From Octopus vulgaris (lineage: Eukaryota), in NCBI GenBank assembly GCA_951406725.2, contig OX597814.1:81654001-81718000 (forward strand): a stretch of DNA of 64,000 bases, written 5' to 3'. Numbering within the stretch: position 1 is the first letter of the stretch; the number at the start of each line of letters is the position of its first letter. Below, piece after piece: positions 56,206-64,000 of the stretch. The notes under the pieces were generated by a model. The model had not been told where the DNA came from and did not search any database. It saw only the letters and a program-made list of their open reading frames with translations. A program made the translations under genes and the position numbers.

Positions 56206-56565
56206 CTAGCAGTATCGCCCGGCGTTGCTCGGGTTTGTAAGGGAAATAACTATAAAGCATTTTTAGAGAGTTATAGCCAAAAAATAGCAAAAAAATTGAA
56301 AAAAAAATTATGGTAAATTTTTTTTGAGAGTTAAAAAGGTCGAGTTGCGTCCCCTAGACAGTCTGTGGTTTGCGTTTCTGATTCTCGACCCCATGTCGAA
56401 TTTATCGATTTTTTTTCAGAACTGGGGGAACTTTTCAAAATTTTCGCTGCGTTAGTTTTGAATTATGACATTGGGCTATGTGTGTGTCAAGTTTCATCAG
56501 AATCGGTTGAGGGTACAACCTAACAGACACGCAGACAGACAAACTGCCGTTTATATATAGAGAGA
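56206..56565 (-). mobile_element. Non-autonomous Helitron (same family as 27365-27738)
   Basis: Reverse complement similarity along the whole length, TC...CTAG termini. Confidence 0.75.
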
Positions 56566-57221
56566 TATAAAAACTGTCTGGATTGTAGGAATGATGTCAG
56601 ACCATTTAGCAAATTTAAGCTAAAATTCCTTTTGATCTTAGTGTGAAAGAGGAACTAGTCCAGTTCTTTTTATGGTCATTTTTTGCTGGAGTTTCATCTG
56701 TTGGTTTCTTTTTTCAATTATATTGTAGCTCAAATTCAGTCTTGGTCTAAAACAAACCTATGATAAAATTATCCAGCCATGAAACTTTTAGGAGTATCCA
56801 GGAATGCATCATCCAATGTGTCATTTCTTGTTTAAGGCTATGAGATTTGAGACAAGGAAGATTTGGCTGCTATTTCTTTCTAGCTGAATGACTATTTAAG
56901 GATAGTGTGATTCCATCTAGGTATTACACACTCATGGAGCTGTTGGATCGTATGGATTTTATATGGTGGATTGTTGTAAAGATTGTCACACTTTTGATTC
57001 TCTTTGAAACATATTTGCTGCCATAACTAAGATTTATTAAAGAGTTTTTATGAATGTCCTAAGAGTGTCAGAATTATCGATATTTTGATGTAAAATGAGA
57101 TTCAATGATCAGATGGTCTTACACCTTGAGAAATTCTAAGTAAAACAAAAATTAAATGTATGTTTCTCTATAATCTAATTTCTACTTTTTTAGCTAACAT
57201 AATTTTTATCATATTTTAAAG

Positions 57222-57336
57222 GTATGGCACTCCTGAAGAATGCGCTAACGTCGTGTCATTTTTGGTGTCTGAAGAGGCTAGCTACATAACAGGTGAAACA
57301 TTCAAAGTGACAGGAGGAATGATGTCATCACTCTGA
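57222..57336 (+). CDS. DHRS4: DHRS4-like SDR, exon 9 (terminal)
   Basis: YGTPEECANVVSFLVSEEASYITGETFKVTGGMMSSL*; the nine exons sum to 756 nt (251 aa + stop) with consistent phases. Confidence 0.95.
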
Positions 57337-58090
57337 TAGTTTACTGACAATTATAAGAATAATATATGCAAGAAAAAGTTTGTCTACAAATGATTATTTT
57401 ATATAATTATGCCTTTTCCAGAAAAAATTAAAAAAATACTTTTTAAAAAAAATTATATTTATTTTTCCTTAATCATGAAAGATTTAAAGTAAAATATCAA
57501 AAGCCAATCTTTTGAATCAGTTTTCATTGTTGTTTTTATTGGGTAGTACCAGCTGAACTCTGACACAGCAGACTTATGATCAGGTGTTCTGACTGTGAAT
57601 ATATTTGTTTTTTTTTTTTCATATCTATAACTATATTGTTTAATTTATTCTTCATTTTTTTTTTTAGACTAAGATGTGACAGAAAAATTTAGCAGCTATT
57701 TATATGAGGACAAATGACTACATAAGGGTTCTCTTCATTGGCTCAATCTTTCATTTTAAATACAGAAGTGTAATTGCTGAGTAGGTAACACAATATCCAT
57801 GTATAAGTAAGGCTATAACATCTCCCCACTTTTGCATATTAGTTGATCTACCTCTACTTGTTGCTTAGTAAAGTGTGCTAATGAGTTACTTCACACAGAC
57901 ATAGCTTTGTGGTTAGGAAGTTTGCTTCATGACTAGATTGTTTTGGGTTTGGTTCCTTTGCCTAGCATCCTTTAACATCCATTTTCCATGCTAGCATGGG
58001 TTGGGTGGTTTGACAGGAGCTGACAAACCAGAAGATTGCAACAGGCTCCACTGTCTGTTTTGGCATGGTTTTTATGACTGGATGCCTTTG

Positions 58091-58318
58091 TTAACCCTTT
58101 CATTACTGTATTTATTTTGAGATACTCTGGTTTTCTTTCAATTACTTTAAATATAACAAAGAATTTAGTAAAATAACTTAGTGATCGTTCAGCTAGTGTT
58201 AGGAACATAAATTGTGTCTAAGGTTTGGTGGAAGATTTTAATTCAAAACTTATGAAAATGAGACATTTGTACTTAGAGCCAGAGCCGGTTTCAGCCGGGT
58301 TGGTATCGAAAGGGTTAA
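58091..58318. mobile_element. piggyBac-like MITE with TTAA on both sides, inserted in a family B element
   Basis: TTAA-CCCTTTCATTAC ... GTATCGAAAGGG-TTAA; related partial copy at about 52712-52921. Confidence 0.75.
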
Positions 58319-61003
58319 TGCCAACACCTTACAAAGTGGACTGAGTGCTTTTTACATGGCACCAGCATCAGCAAGGTCCATTGTAGCATGGTGTTTATTG
58401 TTGGATGCCCTTAATGCCAACCATTTTGTTTTCTGGTATAGTTCAGGGACAACCAATGCCTCAAGTGAATTTGGTAGATGGAAACTGCAGACGGTTTGAA
58501 TATGTGTGTGAAACTGTCTGTGAACATTGATTTCCATACTTGTCTTTTCCTGAGTAAAGTATTGTTAATGATAACACTCCTTGTTGACACTATGATTGGC
58601 CAAGGTGTTTTCAAAGACCTTTGGAACAGAAAATACCTTACTTGAAAAAGCCTAGGTGCCAGGAAGAGTATCTCATTCTAAAACAAGTGTCAAATAACTC
58701 TCCTGTATGACCTTTGTTAGCATAGAAGAAAAAAAAATCATGTTAAAACGAATAAACATATACAAACTAATATAGATTGAAAAGTGAGAGTATTCTACCA
58801 TTAATAAAAAGTAACTAAATATAAATGATTGCATGTATTGTGTACAATAATGCAATAGAATTATAGTCTTAAGTCTTTTGGGGCTCAAATCAGTGACATA
58901 AGTTGAGCTATATCACATTTTAAGCAGCATGTAGTTTCCAAAAGTTGTCAATGATCTGGAGCAGGATGGAATAATACAGACTCTCGGGGTGATCCAACCA
59001 GTTAAGGGTTAGGGTTTTATATATATAAATAAAGGTATTCAAGAAATTCAGAACAGGATTACTTTTCAAACTCAAAAATCGTTCCACATTCCTGTCTAAA
59101 GAGATATTAAAAAGAAAAAAGCTAAAACAAGAATGATTTTAAAAAATATGATACATAAGACAAAATACTCAATAAGTGTTATTTATTGAATTGATAAAGA
59201 AGATTTCTAAACAAATGTCCTATGTCCCCGACGTCTCAAATTCATTCATTCATTTTAGAATGGACAGTTACCAGGAAACTCATAGTAGCAAGGGGTGTAG
59301 TGATGGTGGTAGTAGTAGTAGTAGCAGCAGGAAGAAGAAAAGTGATAGTATAATAAAAAATAAAGGCTCTCTGCTACCAACTTTGGAGATCATAGAATAA
59401 ATTACAGGTATAAAAGAATTTTAAACACCAAGAACATGAGAGAGAGTGAGAGTGGAAATAAAAAGGTTTTGTAATGAAATAAATTTCTGAATAGAAGGTA
59501 CTGATATTTTAAAATAAAACCTAGGATTTTGAAGAAATGAGAAAATATATGGTATTAAAGTAAATATGGTAACAACTGATTGTTGCAAACTCACAACAGG
59601 GAAGCAAACCAGCAGCATTATTCAAATAAGGATATGAACATCATTAGAAGTTCTAAATAGTTTGTGAAGTAGATAAGGTGTTACTTTATAACTATAAAAA
59701 AAAAAAAAAAAAAAAGTAAAGATATATAATAAAAATTTATAGAATAGAAATGTTAAATGAGCAATCAGAACTAGTAAAATGTAAAAAAATAAATGCCTGC
59801 TTTTGTTTCTTCAGCAAGAATGTATGTGTGAGTGTCAAACAAATGGTCTTCTAGCTGGCTGAATGCAAAAAGCAGGAACGTGGAACAGTAACTTAGCATA
59901 TATAATAAAAGGCTGTATTATCAACACCAGATATGCATTTATTATTATTTATGTATATATACATACATATATAAAAGATATATTCTTGGAACATGTGCTA
60001 ACAGAAAATGAAAATATATTGTTATTATCAATATTATTGCCGAGGGAAATATCAAGATAGCGGATACTGAATTTAAAAGGAAATAATCAGATTTCTTTTA
60101 AAATTCATTTATTGAGAAAAAGGGAGAGAGTGAAAGATCTAGTCCATTAGGTGAAGGGATGAGATAGCAGTTATAGAACCTACATTAACAAACAATGCAG
60201 CATATGGGCATGAGAATTATTTGATGTACTGACAGCAAATACAGTGGATAGGAGCTTTATTTGATATTTCTTCAGAAACAGGTATACAAAAGACATGAAT
60301 TGCAATGAGTACTTGTAGTAGTCATAAGAGTTGCAACAGGAATATTAGCTGTCAAAGTAAGAGCAAACATTGGGGTGGAGAGGACAAAAGGTAAAAAAAA
60401 AAAAAAAAAAAAACTTACATGTAGTTTCAGTAAAAACGTTCAAAACATCCCCTTTTCACCATTTTATTTATCATTTTCATTTATAACATGCTTTCCACAT
60501 TTTATTTTATTTATTTATTTTCACTCACATTTCTTGATATATGGCATTTTCTTTTGCTTTTTTTAAATGTATATTTCTATGTTTGCATATATCTCAGAGC
60601 TGTTTGTGTGTATATGTGTGCACACCCAAACACACATTTCTTAATGATTTCACATTATCATCATCATCATCATCATATTTAAATTTTTTTTTTTAAATAT
60701 TTTTTTCTGTTACTTTAAATTTTTGCTCTGCATTTGCATTATTTCCACTGCAGATAGTTTAAAAAGAGCACTTACAAGTCATTATGAATGAAATTGAGTT
60801 CCACTCTGCACCTTTGAAATTTCATCAGCCACAGTAACAACTTAGTGGAATTTTATTTTCCTTTTTATTTTGCCCCCTTTTCATTAATTTTCATTATACT
60901 TCTTCCCAGCTTCCTCTTTGACAGAAGTACAGCTTAAAAGTCTAAGCCAGAATAATTTGTTTCAAGAAAAATGTTTTCCATTTCAAATATTTAAATTAGC
61001 TAA

Positions 61004-61038
<35 letters not shown>

Positions 61039-61440
61039 TGTATGTATGTAAAACTAAAGGTGACCCTAGCATATGGTAGTAAACCATAGCAGAAATGTTG
61101 GTTAGACAACCACATTGTGCCAAGTGCACTCAATAGCATTAATATTAACCACTTGTAGTAGAAAAGCATTGATATTAGCAGAATTTTTCACAACCCTAAT
61201 AGTTGTAAGAAATGGTTGTGAGCAGCTAAAAGGCCAAAAGCAGCCAGTCATTATCAACAAAAGAAAGGAATTGTAATTCTGGCGAGAAAGGAGAGAAGAA
61301 GATTAAGTCATACATAGCCAATTTCTATGGTCTTGTGGCAAATGATTAAAATAATAATAGCAGGTCTGTTGGTTGTGCTAGCAACTCTTAGTTCCATTTT
61401 AGTTGATGTGGTGATGGCAACAGGCTTACAAAGTCTCACG

Positions 61441-61499
61441 TTATTCAGCCCACATAGTGAGTACTGACAACTCATCCTCTTCCTCTTTTGCTTTCTGGC
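61441..61499 (-). CDS. Probable terminal exon of a CHMP4/Snf7-like ESCRT-III gene (rest lies beyond the window)
   Basis: Strong acceptor TTTTACTTTATTTTACAG, then QKAKEEEDELSVLTMWAE*, resembling the acidic..L..W C-terminal helix of CHMP4 proteins. Only 18 full residues are visible. Confidence 0.5.
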
Positions 61500-62304
61500 C
61501 TGTAAAATAAAGTAAAACAATGAAACATGTAAAACTGGTCATTTTTCATCTTCAAATGTTTTAAAACCATTAATACATACACAAACATGCTTTCTAGTGT
61601 ACCTGTATCATCAAAAAGGACTATTTTATTTATAGAGAATAATACATCTGTTTAAATGAAATTAAATTTCAAATTCTTTTGTGTCTATGGAAAACAGCAG
61701 GTTGCAAACTACATAATATATTCTGCGTGTGTGTGTGGGTATATACATACTGAAAGGTAATATTTATCCCCACTTAAAAGATGTTCTGTTAGAACAAACT
61801 ATATATACTGTGGTGGTTATCAGTAGAGAAATTCTCATACACCTCCTCAACTTATGTTTGAGTTCTGTTCCAAATGACAGTACATAAGTCATTTTGATTG
61901 TGTGTTGGATTCACATTTTTCAACAATTTTCATTCAAATGCAACTGATGTTTCAAAGTGACTGAGTATGAGACAGTGGCAGGCAGTAAATGCCCGGGTTT
62001 GAGGGAGGTCTGCATTACCAGATGCTGCCAGACGTCTGAAAATCAATTTTATATTTCATTATTTCATGTTGTCATAAATGTGGAGGGTAGTAGATTGAGG
62101 TGTATTAGCTTTTGGTACAAAAGGCACTCTTGTTTATACTGCTTGCAGGAAGATAAATCCTCACCATCTCCGCTGCATTTTGCATGAAAAGCTAGAGACA
62201 GCGTCTCTCACAGTAACAACTGCAGTATAGTTTGTTTGAACAGAACATCATGTCTAAATGGGGATAAATTTTACCTCTTGGTATTAGTACTGCTCACTGG
62301 CACT

Positions 62305-63540
62305 ATTACTCTTTTACTTGTTTCAGTCATTTGACTGTGGCCATGCTGGAGCACCACCTTTAGTCGAGTAAATCGACCCCAGTACTTATTCTTTGTAAAC
62401 CTATTTCTTTATTACCCACAAGGGGCTAAACACAGAGGGGACAAACAAGGACAGACATAGGTATTAAGTCGATTACATCGATCCCAGTGCGTAACTGGTA
62501 CTTAATTTATCGACCCTGAAAGGATGAAAGGCAAAATCGACCTCGGCGGAATTCGAACTCACAACGTAACACAGACGAAATACCTCTAAGCATTTCGCCC
62601 GGCGTGCTAATGTTTCTGCCAGCTTTGTAAACCGAGTACTTATTCTATTGGTCTATTTTGTCAAACCGCTAAGTTGCAGGGACGTAAACACAAACACACA
62701 CATATATAAATATATACGACGGGCTTCTTTCAGTTTCTGTCTACCAAATCCACTCACAAGGCTTTGGGTCTGCCTGAGGCTATAGTAGAAGATACTTGCC
62801 CAAGGTGCCATGCAGTGGGACTGAACCTGGAACCATGTGGTTGGTAAGCAAGCTACTTACCACACAGCCACTCCTGCGCCTGGCTACTTACCACTTTTAT
62901 TCTTTTACTTGTTTCAGTCATTTGACCGCTGCCATGCTGGAGCACCACCTTTAATCAAAGAAATCGACCCCAGGACTTATTCTTTGTAAGCCTAGTACTT
63001 ATTCTATAGGTCTATTTTGCCGAACTGCTAAGTTAAGGGGATGTAAACACACCAACATTGGTTCTCAAGCAATGGTAGGGGCACAAAGACAGATATACAC
63101 ATACACACTAATACACACACATATATATATATATATGATGGGCTTCTTTCAGTTTCTGTTTATCAAATCCACCCACAAGACTGGTCAGCCCCAGAACCAT
63201 GTGGTTGGGAAGCAAGCAACTTACCAACCACATGGTTCTGGGTTCAGTCCCACTGCGTGACACCTTGGGCAAGAGCCCTCTACAATAGCCACGGGCCGAC
63301 CAAGATCTTGCGAGTCAATTTGGTAGACAAAGTGAAAGAAGCTCGTCATATATATATATATATCTGTGTGTGTGTGGGTGCATGTCCACCATTGCTTGAC
63401 AACCGATAATGGTGTATTTGAAACTGAAAGAATAAGTACGAGGCTTACAAAGAACAAGTCCTGGGGGTGATTTGTTCAACTAAAGGTGGTGCTCCAGCAT
63501 GGCCACAGATTAATGACTGGAATGAATAAAAGAATGAACT
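62305..63540. mobile_element. Cluster of nested family A and C SINEs in both orientations
   Basis: Family A(-) at about 62310-62881 interrupted by family C(-) at about 62400-62625; further family A copies at about 62895-63220(-) and 63220-63535(+). Confidence 0.75.
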
Positions 63541-63560
63541 ATATATACATACATATATAT

Positions 63561-63615
<55 letters not shown>

Positions 63616-63651
63616 TATACTTTATTTAAAGCAGCAGAAAATTCAACAAAA

Positions 63652-63690
63652 CCTGTTACTCTGAGTTTCACGTTGCCGTTCATCGGACCT
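63652..63690 (-). ncRNA. Hammerhead motif (U4C variant) in a ~100-bp (TA)n-flanked element
   Basis: GT-CCGATGA-ACG gcaa CGT-GAAA-CTCAGAG-TA-AC: GNRA-capped stem II and self-complementary stem III; stem I is weak in this copy. Confidence 0.55.
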
Positions 63691-63705
63691 TTTTTGCTAG
63701 AATAC

Positions 63706-63940
63706 TATACATATATATACATACACACACATACATATATATACACATACATATATATACGCATATAGACATACATATATATACACATACATATATATAC
63801 GCATATAGACATACATATATATACACATACATATATATACGCATATAGACATACATATATACATATATATACATATATATACATATATATACATATATAT
63901 ATACATATATATATACATATATATATACATATATATATAC

Positions 63941-63973
<33 letters not shown>

Positions 63974-64000
63974 CATATATATACATATACATACATATAT
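63706..64000. repeat. (TA/CA)n compound microsatellite
   Basis: Direct reading. Confidence 0.9.

Overview
AT-rich, repeat-dense metazoan genomic DNA. The SINE, MITE and microsatellite repertoire suggests an octopus-like mollusc (inference). The only complete host gene is a 9-exon DHRS4-like short-chain dehydrogenase/reductase on the + strand (25094-57336, 251 aa, all introns GT-AG). A probable last exon of a convergent CHMP4/Snf7-like gene lies at 61441-61499. The rest is mobile DNA: a Neptune-type Penelope-like element (RT + GIY-YIG) with a 3' minimal hammerhead ribozyme; a CsRn1-clade Gypsy LTR element (416-bp LTRs, GACT TSD, tRNA-Trp PBS) nested in a Helentron-type element that is itself inside a TTAA MITE; an intact-ORF2 CR1-group LINE; RTE and CRE remnants; Helitrons; many SINEs; and kilobases of (TA)n. 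Three observations stand out. (1) A tRNA-headed SINE carries a hammerhead motif and a perfect 42-bp terminal palindrome, and several other short hammerhead-bearing elements sit in (TA)n tracts, which suggests a Penelope-mobilised ribozyme-retroelement system. (2) The LINE ORF2 has no upstream AUG but is reachable from the upstream frame through a canonical G GGA AAC -1 slippery site. (3) The Gypsy copy is young yet lacks most of its Gag. Most ORF-track entries are microsatellite artefacts.
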